Source: Zootoca vivipara (Eukaryota). Taken from it: a DNA stretch of 64,000 nt. Of the stretch, positions 1-12,178 are shown one piece after another. The notes beneath the pieces are model-generated. The model saw only the letters and a list, made by a program, of their open reading frames with translations, did not search any database and had not been told where the DNA came from. The DNA is taken from the NCBI RefSeq assembly GCF_963506605.1, contig NC_083277.1, forward strand, positions 17,980,001-18,044,000. The letters run 5' to 3'. The position numbers and the translations under genes were made by a program. The stretch's first letter is position 1. The number at the start of each line of letters is the position of its first letter.

Positions 1-954
1 ATGGTAGTATTAGTATTATTATCTGACCAGGAAAAAAGCAGACAAGCCTGCTCCTGTGTCTTTCGCAACAGTTTGATGAAAAACTCAGCAGTAATGTCAG
101 CATATCAGCAGCTCAGTGGCCGTTAAATACCCTGGCTTTGTGAAAATGCACAATAAATATAAAAGGTATTTTTAAAACACTGGTTGAAACCCTCCTCCAT
201 TGGATTGAATGGAGACGAGAAGGTTATGCATACAGAGCAAGGGCTGTGGGTTAGAACACTTCATCGGTGATATTGTGAGACTAGTTTCAGACATTGGCAC
301 TATTCTCAAAAGTGATACACCTTTGCTATTGTGGAAATTCCGTATGCATCTTAGAAGATAGGAAGCTGCTTTATACCCAGTCTGACTACTGGTCCATTAA
401 GCTCACCATTGCCCACACTGGCTGACAGCAGGGCTTCAGACAGAGCAGTCTCTCCCAGCCCTACTGGAAGACGCCTAGGATTGACTCTGGAGATGCTCCA
501 CCACTGAGCTGCAGCCCTGGCCCAGCACAATTAGGGAAATTCTGAATGGAGATCTAGGAACTTGCTGGAAACTACCATCAGCACCGCTCCATTGATATCC
601 AAATATGTTTAAGTTACAAGTGCTACAAGGCTGTGTTAGCATGGTTGTGTCTGACATTGGTGGGGATTTTTGGGGGGGAGGGGATCAGATGAAGACCTTG
701 TGCCTTTTAAAATGTTGTTGTTGATGTTAATGTTAATGTTGATGTTGATGCTGATGCTGATGCTGATGTTGTTGTTGTTTGAAATGTCCACATAACAAAC
801 ATTTAACCTGGGGACCCTCCAGAATTCTGGTGTTTTGTTTTGTTTTGCTTTGTGGGTGGCTTCCGCAACATGCCATTGATGCGCTCATTGCGCATTTGTG
901 GCGGTGGGTTCATTGTTCTGTCATGCTCCCCTAATGCTATTGCAATATCGCGTC

Positions 955-1163
955 TGAAGGAGCATCTCCACTCCCATCGTTCAGCCTGAGGTCCAGCTCT
1001 GAGGGCCTTCTGGCGGTTCCCTCACTGCAAGAAGCAAGGTTACAGGGAACCAGGCAGAGGGCCTTTTCGGTGGTGGCACCCGCCCTGTGGAACGCCCTCC
1101 CATCAGATGTCAAAGAAATAAACAACTATCTGACGTTTAGAAGACATCTGAAGGCAGCCTGGT
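955..1163 (+). mobile_element. L2 LINE 3' fragment
   Basis: RAFSVVAPALWNALPSDVKEINNYLTFRRHLKAA; same family at 41360, 50510, 56660, 63390. Confidence 0.8.
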
Positions 1164-1340
1164 TTAGGACGGGCCTGAAGAGTATTGAAAATGAGATAAT
1201 GTCTAACTTCCCCATCATGAGCACCCAAACCATCATTAATACAAAGCAAAAAATAAAAAATAAAAACCTGGCATTTCTGTGAGTTCTTCTTAAATCTTGT
1301 CCTTTTGTCTTCAGCTCCAGCCCAGCCCAAGGAAGAGGCA

Positions 1341-2270
1341 ATGGGTCATGAAAATGTAACATCCTGGACAGAGTTTCATCTTGTGGGGCTTCTGCATCTA
1401 AGGACCCCCACCTTATTTTTTAGCATCCTTCTGTTTATGGCTTTCGTTGCTCTGGTGGGAAACTGTCTCCTGCTGCTCCTAATCCAAATGGACTCCTCGC
1501 TTCATACGCCAATGTACTTTTTCCTTAGTCAACTGTCCTTCATGGATATGGGCCAGGTCCTCATTGTAGTCCCTAAAATGTCTGTGAACTTTTTAACGCA
1601 GAGGAGCACTATTTCGCTCAGCGGTTGTGTTGCCCAGATCTTCCTCACTCTGACCATGGGGAGCTCAGAGAGCCTCGTCCTGGCCGTCATGTCTTACGAC
1701 AGGTACGTGGCCATCTGCAGGCCCTTGCAGTACCCAATCCTCATGCGAAGAACCACCTGCCTCGTCTTGACAGTTGGGATCTGGACTACGGCATTGCTGA
1801 CCATCATGGTCATTGCGATTTACGTCCACTCTCTGCCGTACTGTGGCTCGAACATGATCGACCATTTCGTGTGCGAGTTCCCAGCTTTGCTGAAGTTGTC
1901 CTGTGCCGACACCTCTGCCTTTGAGATCGTGGTATACCTTGACAATGTGGTCCTACTCCTCTTCCCCATCTCAGTCATTGTTTCCTCTTACGTCGCCATT
2001 TTGGTGCAAGTCTTGAGGATGCGCTCAACTGAGGGAAGGCACAAGGCCTTGGGGACTTGCCTGTCCCACTTCTGTGTCGTGGGCATCTTCATTGGGGCAT
2101 CTATGCTGACCTATACCGCCCCTATGGACTCTTACTCAGCACAAAGGGCCATGATCTACTCGGTGTGCATTACTGTTGTCCCCCCAATGCTCAACCCTTT
2201 TATCTACAGCTTGCGCAACAGGGATGTCCTAGCAGCTCTGCGAAAGCTCTTTGTGAAATGCACGCCGTAG
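1341..2270 (+). CDS. Olfactory receptor, class II (OR2-family-like), intact; 'type A' (OR-1)
   Basis: OR motifs LHTPMYFFL, MSYDRYVAICRPLQY, HFVCE, KALGTCLSH, PMLNPFIYSLRN; N-glycosylation site NVT; ATG at 1341 lies just after a pyrimidine-tract/AG acceptor (1313-1314). Confidence 0.95.
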   Translation: MGHENVTSWTEFHLVGLLHLRTPTLFFSILLFMAFVALVGNCLLLLLIQMDSSLHTPMYFFLSQLSFMDMGQVLIVVPKMSVNFLTQRSTISLSGCVAQIFLTLTMGSSESLVLAVMSYDRYVAICRPLQYPILMRRTTCLVLTVGIWTTALLTIMVIAIYVHSLPYCGSNMIDHFVCEFPALLKLSCADTSAFEIVVYLDNVVLLLFPISVIVSSYVAILVQVLRMRSTEGRHKALGTCLSHFCVVGIFIGASMLTYTAPMDSYSAQRAMIYSVCITVVPPMLNPFIYSLRNRDVLAALRKLFVKCTP

Positions 2271-2559
2271 TAACGGCGCCTAGAGAAGCAACAAAATTTC
2301 ACACTCGTTCAGTTTTCAAAATAAATATTCATGGTTTTAAGGTAGAACCACGACACCATGTCAAACGCATTTGCAACAGTGAGTGGGGAAGAAATACATA
2401 TCCATACTGATTTGGTACATTAGCTTACAAAATTATAGGAATCGCTCCGTTTCCATGGCAAATCTTCTTTACCTTGTTACCTCTGACTCAAAGGTGGACC
2501 TTCAGATCTTGTCAGATGAGACTGCAGCTTCCATCATCCCTGCCACTTGGACACTGGGG

Positions 2560-2775
2560 AGCCAGTGGGTATAATGGTTCAAGTGTTGGACTTTGAGGGT
2601 TCGAATCCCCACTCAGCCATGAAGCTCACTAGGTGACCTATGGTCAGTCACTCTCTCTCAGCTTAACCTACTTCATAGTGTTACTGTGAGGATAAAATTA
2701 GTGGAGGGAGAGAACCATGTCCACTACCTTGAACTCCCTGGACAAAAGTTGGGATATAAATGCAATAAATAAATG
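2560..2775 (+). mobile_element. tRNA-derived (CORE/MIR- or Squam3-like) SINE, old
   Basis: A-box/B-box head (GGTTCGAATCCC), CORE-like GGTGACC..GTCACTCTCTCTCAGC, AATAAAT tail. Confidence 0.65.
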
Positions 2776-3407
2776 GAACAAATAAAATGAATGTATGTGG
2801 GCAGAAAGACAGCAAAATATGGAAGATGGAAACATAGAAAGAGAAGGGCTGAAGCAATAAGGTAACTCACAGGGTCTAATTCAGGTTGATTAAGGGTGTT
2901 GATCATTCTAATAGAATAATGCACCAGTTCTAGGGATCAATACAGCTATTTCACTGCAGGTAAAGTCCGTTTCTACAGTAGCTAGTCCTTCAGAAACACA
3001 AGAGTGAAATTGAACACTTTTTAAATCTAGAGCATCCTCTGACTCTCTGCAATGCACATCACGCTTATCACTCAGAGCAAAAACCAAAGCACACACAGAG
3101 ATCTGGGGCATGTGCAAAGTTCCAATTGCACTGAGCTAGTTAATAACAAGGTGCTTATGATCTTTATCCACACATTTTGCTCACCATTTTATCTTCTGTA
3201 ACCATTTTGGCAGATTTTATCCACAAAGCCATTTTATCCTCTGCATGCTGTTTTGGCATTTTGTAAGACTAAACAGATTTCTACTTTGTCCAAACAGGGA
3301 CTCAGCAATCATGTGCTAATTCCCCCTAGAAATTAAGGAACAATGCAACAACCCCATGGCATAGCATGACTCGGGGCACATAATCTTGAAATATCATGCC
3401 TACTTGG

Positions 3408-3805
3408 GATGTGGGTAGCACCACTTGGGATGTACCACTGAGCCTCTTGGGCTTGCTGATCGGAAGGTTGGTGGTTCGAATCCCCACAATGGGGTTAGGG
3501 TTAGGGTGAGCTCCCATTGCTCTGTCCCAGCTTCTGCCAACCTAGCAGTTTGAAAGCATACCAGTGTAAGTAGATAAATTGGTATTGCTATGGTGGGAAG
3601 GTAAACGGCATTTCCATGCGCTCTGGTTTCCATTACGGTGTTCCGTTGCACCAGAAGTGGTTTAGTCATGCTGGCCACATGACCTGGAAAGCTGTTTGTG
3701 GACAAATGCCAGCTTCCTCGGCCTGAAAGCGAGATAAGTTCCACAACCCCGTAGTCACTTTTGACTGAACTTAACCATCCAGGGGTCCTTTACCTTACCT
3801 TTTAC
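3408..3805 (+). mobile_element. Sauria SINE
   Basis: GGTTCGAATCCCC B box, GAGCTCCC..CTAGCAGTT..AGTAGATAAAT body, GGGGTCCTTTACCTT tail. Confidence 0.9.
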
Positions 3806-4386
3806 ATTTACTTGTTGATCCAGATTTATACACATGTAGGTTAATGTCACATTAACACGCCTAAACTGTGCAGTGCTTGTCATTTCAATTTCAATGCCCC
3901 CATGCCACCAAATGCATGGGTTTTTTGAGATCTGTGGTACAATCCACATCACATACACACAGAGAGTGATTGAGGACTGTTGGAGAGGATAAGTGCATAT
4001 CAGAACTATGTGGGTGGAACCAACTGAGTGAATTTCCTGCGTACTATGAATGCAGTCAGCTCCACTCAAAGGGCCAAGGTCACCATGCCAAAGGCACACA
4101 TCCCAGTAGTGGACCCATTGACGAAAGAAGAGCCTGCTGGATCAGGCCAATGGCCCATCTAGTCCAACATCCTGTTCTCACAGTGGCTGAAGATGCCAGA
4201 AACTCCAGACCCTCCAAGTGTCCTATTTTCCAGGGACAGTCCCGGATTTACAGAAGCCATCCCTGTTTCTGATTTGATCCCTGGAATGTCCCGCTTTTCC
4301 TCCCCAATTGCTGATGCTCGGGGGCACTGAATGTCACATTGCAAGTCAAAATATTCAGGCAGGCCTAAAAAATAGTTTGGCTATTA

Positions 4387-4573
4387 CAGTGGTATCTCGG
4401 TTTAAGTACACAATTAGTTCCGAAAGTCTGTACTTAACCTGAAGTGTACTTAACCTGAAGCGAACTTTCCCATTGAAAGTAATGGAAAGTGGATTAATCC
4501 ATTCCAGACAGTCCGCGGAGTACTTAAACTGAAAGTACTCAAACCGAAGCGTACTTAAACCAAGGTATGACTG
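4387..4573 (+). mobile_element. Tc1/mariner (Tigger/pogo-like) MITE
   Basis: TIRs CAGTGGTATCTCGGTTTAAGTAC / GTACTTAAACCAAGGTATGACTG, TA at both ends; same family at 11362 and 40211. Confidence 0.85.
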
Positions 4574-4972
4574 TACTGGGAAAACTAGCTTTAACTATAT
4601 GGACCTTTGTCAGCAAGCTGATGTCTCTGCTTTTTAAGATGCTGTCTAGGTTTGCCATTGCTTTTCTCCCAAGAAACAGAAGTCTTTTAATTTTGTGACT
4701 GCTGTCACCATCTGCAGTGATCATGGAACCCAAGAAAGTAAAATCTCTCACTGCCTCCATTTCTTCCCCTTCTGTTTGCCAGGAGGTGATGGGACCAGTG
4801 GCCATGATCTTGGTTTTTTTGATGTTGAGCTTCAGACCATATTTTGCGCTCTCCTCTTTCACCCTCATTAAAAGGTTCTTTAATTCCTCCTCACTTTCTG
4901 CCATCAAAGTTGTGTCATCAGCATATCTGAGGTTGTTGATATTTCTTCTGGCAATCTTAATTCCGTCTTGGG
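4574..4972 (-). mobile_element. BovB internal fragment
   Basis: GIKIARRNINNLRYADDTTLMAESEEEL near-identical to the 46.6 kb copy. Confidence 0.9.
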
Positions 4973-5500
4973 AATTCTCTATTTTCATTGGAGAAATGTT
5001 GGAGGGTATGGAGTTATCCAGCCCCTGAGTCGCCTGAAGGCAATCCTGTATAGGGAAGTTTTAAAAGAATGTTTAATGTTTTATTATGTTTTTATATATT
5101 TTGGAAGCAGCCCAGAGTGGCTGGGGCAACCCAATCAGATGTGTGGGGTATAAATAGTAAAATTATCAATATGGAATGGGACGTTCTTATTTTCATTGGC
5201 AAAATGTTGGAGGGTATGTATAATATACTCAGCACTGAGGCCTTGGTTGGCAGCTAAATAATTGTGAGCCAGATTCTTAATAACTGATAATAAATGAACC
5301 CCATTCACCCTCTACATATTAGGGAGGTGTCTGCAGCCCATATTGAAGCAGCCTGTATTGGAGAAATTCTGACAACCTTAGAACTGATGCTACCCTGATG
5401 CTAAGTATTCTTGAGTTATGCTCAACCCAAATTGTTGGACCAGTTAAAAAGGTTTGGTGTCAGATTGAAAGCCCAATTCAATACATATTTATGCCTCTCA

Positions 5501-5640
5501 NNNNNNNNNNNNNNNNNNNNNNNNNNNNNNNNNNNNNNNNNNNNNNNNNNNNNNNNNNNNNNNNNNNNNNNNNNNNNNNNNNNNNNNNNNNNNNNNNNNN
5601 NNNNNNNNNNNNNNNNNNNNNNNNNNNNNNNNNNNNNNNN
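5501..5640. other. Assembly gap (N run)
   Basis: 140 N. Confidence 1.
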
Positions 5641-5722
5641 CCAAGTTATCCCTTTTTTAAAGGGATTTTCCCTTATGCTGAATAGGCTTCCTCGTGAGAA
5701 AAGGGAAAACTTGGCAGCTATG
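5641..5722 (+). mobile_element. 90-bp hAT MITE (left end hidden by gap)
   Basis: Near-identical to 58479-58568; ends AACTTGGCAGCTATG. Confidence 0.75.
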
Positions 5723-5733
5723 CCCAGATCCTT

Positions 5734-5939
5734 NNNNNNNNNNNNNNNNNNNNNNNNNNNNNNNNNNNNNNNNNNNNNNNNNNNNNNNNNNNNNNNNNNN
5801 NNNNNNNNNNNNNNNNNNNNNNNNNNNNNNNNNNNNNNNNNNNNNNNNNNNNNNNNNNNNNNNNNNNNNNNNNNNNNNNNNNNNNNNNNNNNNNNNNNNN
5901 NNNNNNNNNNNNNNNNNNNNNNNNNNNNNNNNNNNNNNN
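5734..5939. other. Assembly gap (N run)
   Basis: 206 N. Confidence 1.
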
Positions 5940-6160
5940 CCACCTTTCAATCCCTTTCAAGAGTCTCAAAATGGCTAACAGTCTCCTTTACCTTCCTCCT
6001 CCACAACAAACACTCTGTGAGGTGAGTGAGGCTGAGAGACTTCAAAGAAGTGTGACTAGCCCAAGGTCACTCAGCAGCTGCATGTGGAGGAGCGGGGAAG
6101 CAAACCCAGTTCACCAGATTACGAGTCCACCTCTCTTAACCACTACACCACCCTGGCTCT
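5940..6160 (-). mobile_element. tRNA-derived SINE (Squam3-like)
   Basis: Minus strand GAGAGCCAG..GGTGTAGTGGTTAAGAG head; same family at 16159 and 23180. Confidence 0.8.
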
Positions 6161-6619
6161 CATCAGTTCCAATAAAGTAAATTATGATGGAAAGGCAAAC
6201 TCCCAGCTACATTCAAATATCCCCACAGGAGCGTATTTTCTCTACCCTCTTGAGAAATTCCCTCTAGTCCAGAGAGCTTCTGTGTTGGGATGTGGGCTAC
6301 AGGTGAGAGAGTCAGCCACTCCTTCAGACCGCTCTTGCTCTCCCTTGGAAAGGTTGACAAGTATTTGGACAGGTAGGAGGAGACCTAGAAAGGGACAGTT
6401 ACAGAGACATAAGGTATAAAGGGAATCAAGCAGAAGAACGTCAACCTCATCAAAGAACAGGGAGAATGAGAACTGAATGGAGGCTTGTACTTCTCCCCAG
6501 AATCTTCTGCTCCCTCATTCATGTTATTTAGTGGACATTAGCTTGGAGGAACCCATGTCTGCAGAAGCAGCATATGGTGCTATCTTTAGATTCCCATTAT
6601 CTAATGGGGCAGGCAATAT

Positions 6620-7460
6620 ACTGTTTGAAACCTGATTTGTAGCTTCCACTTCTGGAAGTATTACTTAATATGTTGGGGAGCCAAAATTCCCAAATATGCA
6701 GGAGTGTGATAGTTTCTCCTTGGAGCTTTTAAATACTGATCGTGAAAATGCTGGTTATAATATAGATCCAAAGAAGGCACATTTTTTTCTTACTGCTAGA
6801 CCCTGTGGGACTAAGTAAAGATTTTGCAGAGATAAAGTAGGAGATGTAGATTTTAAAATGTTCCTTTACAAGAAGAGAGACCATTCTTTATAGTTCACAA
6901 GGTCTAGATTGTTTTTCCAGCTGACCTCATATCAAGCAATTTAGGGTTCGTGATTCTGAATATTTTAAGATGTGAAAAGCAATCAAGAAAATTAAATATT
7001 GATTGTGATTTTTCTCTCTCTTTTTCTTTTGGAGTTATAGAAATATTTATGGTTTTCAAAATGTAAGAAAAAAAATGTCATTATCTCAGAGTAACAACTC
7101 TGTTCTAAAGAATGTACGTACTGTGAATCATTTTTTGCCTGCAACAAGAAAAAGGCTGGAACACTTTAAACTGAATTATTGTCAATAGTTTATGGTGGAG
7201 GACATGAGCAAGATTGAATTAAATCAATGGTTGGAGCACTGAAGGTTTACAGCAGAACATCTAAAGACCAACAGCTTCTTAAAAATCACATCGGTTTTCT
7301 ACTTGCTGGCAGAAAGACATGCGTTAGACACAGGTATGTGATTCTTAATATTAATATAGGTTGCATTTTCAACACAAATTGATTCATTTTGGCATTTATG
7401 ATGATGACAAGATCAATTTTCATATACAAAATCCTTTGCAAGTGAATCTGGGACAGGCAA
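6620..7460 (+). promoter_or_regulatory. Candidate promoter plus non-coding 5'UTR exon of OR-2 (donor GT at 7334)
   Basis: AT-rich non-repeat block homologous to 13800-14590 and more weakly to 37400-38010; ends in ACACAG|GTATGT; 2.6 kb upstream of OR-2 acceptor. Confidence 0.55.
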
Positions 7461-7483
7461 ACACAATCCAAAGGGGGAAAACA

Positions 7484-7526
<43 letters not shown>

Positions 7527-9129
7527 ACCAGCACACCTGAAATTGTGAACCTAATTCTGGTGCTGAGAGAGCAAATTGGTTTGGGTTGTTGTTTGAGGTG
7601 AAGGATCTTTCTTGCTTCAGTATCAATTATATGGTTGCATCCCTATGTTTAAAAACACAAAATTCAAGGTGAGAAAAAGATCCCATAATCAGAAATGCAT
7701 ATCAACAGAGAACAGAAATCTACACGAACACAGAATTCTATGGCATATTCTACACTGACTTTGGGCAGAATATATAGTTCCCTTTGTGTGCTTATCAGAG
7801 CCTTTGAAGTAATGTGAATGTTACTTTAAAAAAAAAGTTTACCATTTCTCCAATGAACTCAGGGCACTATGGGTGATACCCAGAGATTTTTTCTTTTCAG
7901 CCGGAACTCGCCGGAAATCAGTTCCAGCACCTCTCAGGTAGGTGCCATTGTCATTTATAAGAGAACAAGGGAGGTGTTTGTTGTGAGTTCCAGCACCTCT
8001 TTTTCTAGAAAAATAGCACCACTGATACCCACTTTAGTGTCCGGTGTAATATTGTCACTGTACCACTTCTTTACAGTGAGATTAAACGAGCCCCCCATTC
8101 CCCCCCCCCACAATCTCTCAGTCCTTGTTACACTGAGAGGTAGCAAGTGGTCTTTTGTTTGTTGCCATTTGGTAACCCTGCTATCTTCCAGAAGAATTTG
8201 CACAACCTATAGTTCAATCTGGCAACTCATGCCATTGGCATCTATGCAAATTTGCCACTTCAAACTTTGGCACCATTGCAAATTGCTAACCGAAAGCATT
8301 CGTTAGCTGGGGAGTTACCTTTGAGTTTTGAGACACAAAGACACTCGGGGAGCCTTTCTCTTACTCACTTCTTTTCTGTGTCTCCCCTCTGGCCATGTTG
8401 TCAAGTGAAGACGAGCAACTTACTTTTAGGAAGAGCTAAAGGGAAGGGGGGAAGATGCAGTGCACAAATGATTGGGAAAATACAGCTATCAGGCTAAGGA
8501 AGTCTTTCAAGCTAAAAAATAAATAAATGGCAGGATCTGGTCTTGGTCATCATTCCTCCTGATCCATGACCCACCAAATACAATGGCTGTATTTTGTGAT
8601 TTGGGAATGGTGAATAAGTCAGACCATCAAAGCCCAAATGACCAATTTTATCCAGCTCCTAGCTGCTAATAAGTGCTGTGAAGAACTCTACAAGAAGCCC
8701 ATCACAAAGCCAAATGGCTACTTCTGGGTGGTTACAAGGCTGTTGAAACTACCCAGTCCTCACAGCTGTGTCACAATACTGGATTTCCTCACTCTCTCCC
8801 TTTTAATTATTGTTAATATGACATGTTTTTATGTTGGCTAAGCCATTGTGTGAGGTCACAATATGGTAAGATAAAACTGATAAACTATCCCCCCATTGAC
8901 TTTTTATACTCATTTTTTGTGCTTGTATTTATTCAGCATAAGAAGTAGAGATTTGAGAACGATGTGTTTGTTTATTGTTTTGCATCCTTTTTTATTCTAT
9001 ATATTTATCTATCTCTTTTCCTCTTTTCTCATTAAGATGTTCTGTATAGTTCGTTCATACTGTACTGTTCCATTGTTCTGCCTGTGCTATAAAATTTTAG
9101 CAACAAAAATTATAGAAACAAAAACTGAT

Positions 9130-9640
9130 AAGTACTGTGTCCAGTTCTGGGCACCACAGTTCAAGAAGGATACTAACAAGCTGGAACGTGTCCAGAGGAG
9201 GGCAACCAAAATGGTCAAAGGCCTGGAAACAATGCCTTATAAGGAACGACTTAGGGAACTGGGTATGTTTAGCCTGGAGAAGAGAAGGTTAAGGGGTGAT
9301 ATGATAGCCATGTTCAAATATATAAAAGGATGCCATATAGAGGAGGGTGAAAGGTTGTTTTCTGCTGCTCCAGAGAAGCGGACACGGAGCAATGGATTCA
9401 AGCTACAAGAAAGAAGATTCCACCTAAACATTAGGAAGAACTTCCTGACAGTAAGAGCTGTTCGACAGTGGAATTTGCTGCCAAGAAGTGTGGTGGAGTC
9501 TCCTTCTTTGGAGGTCTTTAAGCAGAGGCTTGACAGACATATGTCAAGCATGCTTTGATGGTGTTTCCTGCTTGGCAGGGGGTTGGACTGGATGGCCCTT
9601 GTGGTCTCTTCCAACTCTATGATTCTATGATTCTATAACC
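9130..9640 (+). mobile_element. CR1 LINE 3' fragment
   Basis: [38 protein letters not shown]; (ATTCTATG)n tail. Confidence 0.92.
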
Positions 9641-9953
9641 AATAAAATAAAATAAATTAGCATATAACATTATGGTGGGAAACTCTTTGAAAGGGGCAGC
9701 CTGGGCTGGATCTATGTCCTCTCTTCCCAGGTTTCCTCCATTTCTCCAACAGGATGGTTTTAGCTGCATAGCTTACCTACAAAAACCACTTGTAACTGAA
9801 GATGGCATGTTTTATTTTTAAATGTTGTCATTCCACAGTTATAATATTAAGGGTGCTTTACCTAATTTTTTTCACAGGAAAGTGTGAATTCCATTCCCCA
9901 CATGTTCTCTCCTTGTATCTTACTCAGCTGAAATCCGGACAAATGAAGAAGGA

Positions 9954-10865
9954 ATGGAGGATGAGAATAAAACATCGTGGACGGAGTTTGTTCTTGTTGG
10001 ACTTCAGCATCAGAAGTCGCCCACCCTTTTCCTTGGCGCCATCCTCTTCATGTCCCTTATCGCCCTCCTTGGAAACAGCCTCCTCCTGTTCTTAATTAGA
10101 GTGAGCTCTGGCCTTCGGACCCCAATGTACTTTTTCCTCAGCCAACTGGCCTTCATGGACCTCTGCCAAGTTCTCTCCATTGTTCCCAAAATGGCCGTGG
10201 ATTTCGCAACCCACAGCTACACCATTTCACTCTATGGATGTGTCGTCCAGATTTTTGTCACGCTGGTCATGGGAGGAGCAGAGTGCCTCATCTTGGCAAC
10301 CATGTCATATGACAGGTACGTGGCTATCTGCAGGCCGCTGCAATATCCGGTCCTCATGAGGAGCAAAATCTGCAACATCATGTCAGTCGCTTCCTGGTTC
10401 TGGTCTTCTGTGCAAGCCCTGAACTGTTCCCTCTATGTGCTGCCTCTTCCCTACTGCAAGTCCAATGTGATTAGACACATCGGTTGTGATTATACAGCAC
10501 TTTTAAAGCTTTCTTGCTCTGACAATTCTGCATTTGAAAAATCAATATACCTCGGAACATTCCTAGTATTCCTCATCCCCATCACAATCATCCTAGCTTC
10601 CTACACAGCCATCCTCCTTCAGGTCCTGAGGTCCCGCTCCTCCGGAAGTAGCCACAAGGCCCTGGGGACCTGCTTGTCCCACTTGTGTGTGGTGGGGGTC
10701 TTCTATGGTGCGGCCATTTTAACATACATGACACCCGTATCTTCCTATTCAGCAGAAAAGGCTATGATCAACTCAGTGTTCATGACCATTGTCCCAGCCA
10801 TGCTGAACCCATTCATATACAGCCTGAGGAACCGGGATGTTCTAGCAGCTCTGAGGAGACTTTAG
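9954..10865 (+). CDS. Olfactory receptor, class II; 'type B' (OR-2), C-terminus shortened by an early TAG
   Basis: LRTPMYFFL, MSYDRYVAICRPLQY, KALGTCLSHL, PAMLNPFIYSLRN; acceptor AG at 9926-9927; 303 aa. Confidence 0.93.
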   Translation: MEDENKTSWTEFVLVGLQHQKSPTLFLGAILFMSLIALLGNSLLLFLIRVSSGLRTPMYFFLSQLAFMDLCQVLSIVPKMAVDFATHSYTISLYGCVVQIFVTLVMGGAECLILATMSYDRYVAICRPLQYPVLMRSKICNIMSVASWFWSSVQALNCSLYVLPLPYCKSNVIRHIGCDYTALLKLSCSDNSAFEKSIYLGTFLVFLIPITIILASYTAILLQVLRSRSSGSSHKALGTCLSHLCVVGVFYGAAILTYMTPVSSYSAEKAMINSVFMTIVPAMLNPFIYSLRNRDVLAALRRL

Positions 10866-11361
10866 GGAAAATGCATATTGTGTAAATAGTTGGACAAGGA
10901 AAAAAATATCCATGACTTTTAGGAGCTTACAGACAATGCTGCTGCTGCTACTACTGTGATTTGCTTTCTGTGAGGAATCTTAGTGCTATTTTACAAAACA
11001 ATAAAAACATTCATATACCCATTTCATATGTACAAACCGCTAAATAATTGCACAAGTAAAAATATTTTTTTAAAAACCCATTACATACATAAAAACAATT
11101 TCAGATTCAACACAGATGGCAAGTGGGATGACTTGGAAGATTTGCTGGAAGAAAATAACGACAAAAGCAAGTTTGTCCAAACATATTTTAATCTTTTCAT
11201 TGGAAAGAAAAACTATCCAATTGCTTTCATGGGGAACACGCTGAGGCAGCCTGCCTTTCCTCCCCACCCAATTCCCTGCCCCCTGTGTATGCCCGATTGC
11301 TCCGGACAGCCCAACCCAGAGCTGCTTCTGCTTGACTCTGCCAAAGTCCAGATCTCCCTTA

Positions 11362-11698
11362 CAGTCATACCTTGGTTTAAGTACGCCTCGGTTTGAGTAT
11401 TTTCAGTTTAAGTACTCCGCGGACCCGTCTGGAACGGATCAATCTACTTTCCAGTACTTTCAATGGGAAAGTTCACTTCAGGTTAAATACACTTCAGGTT
11501 AAGTACGGACTTCCGGAACCAATTACACTCATACTTCGGGTTAAGTACACTTCAGGTTAAGTACTTCGGGGACCCGTCTGGGACGGATTAATCCACTTTC
11601 CATTACTTTCAATGGGAAAGTTCGCTTCAGGTTAAGTACGCTTCAGGTTAAGTACAGACTTCCGGAGCCAATTGTGTTTGTAAACCGAGGTACCACTG
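11362..11698 (-). mobile_element. Tc1/mariner (Tigger-like) MITE with internal tandem duplication
   Basis: TA-flanked, TIRs as at 4387, repeated TTCAGGTTAAGTAC units. Confidence 0.85.
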
Positions 11699-12178
11699 TA
11701 TTTGGTTTCAGCTTTGGCTGGGCCCAGTGCTCAGACCTAATGTACATTATTCCATCAAATGTCTGAGTCACGATCCAGAGAAAGGCTTCTTAAACAAAGA
11801 GCAGCATTGCTGCAAGACAGGCGCGGTTGGTGGTAAGAGGTAGTTCTGCAATCCTGGCCTCCCAGTAGCAGCATCCCTGCTATTTATGGGAGGAAGTGAT
11901 GGGGTGGTGAATGGCAGCGCTGAGAGCAGGGCAGTTTGAGTGAAGTGGAAGAGCCCAAGCTGTCACAATCTTCCCACCACCCTGTCCCACCCTACTAGAC
12001 ATCCTGGTACATAGCAGTGACGCTGCTGCCGAGAGGCTGAGCTTGCAGTGTCTCCCCTCACTGCTGGCTATTCCTGCTCCAAGCACTTGTCCCTGTTTGA
12101 ACTCACACAAGAGAATTTGAGCTTTGCATAGCTCTGCTCAGTCATGGCCTGGCATTCAGAGTCCAAACTCTAAATATA

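Noticed and set aside
1305-1340. N-terminal extensions of OR ORFs in the track (1305, 21700, 29906 starts)
   Set aside because: They begin at non-ATG codons and cross splice acceptors; true starts placed at 1341, 21616, 29831
5398-6025. Long ORFs full of X
   Set aside because: Artefacts of translating N gaps
11400-11660. Regularly recurring CTTCAGGTTAAGTAC units resembling a CRISPR array (also 4430, 40250)
   Set aside because: Internal repeats of a TA-flanked MITE with duplicated, not unique, spacers; vertebrate DNA, no cas genes
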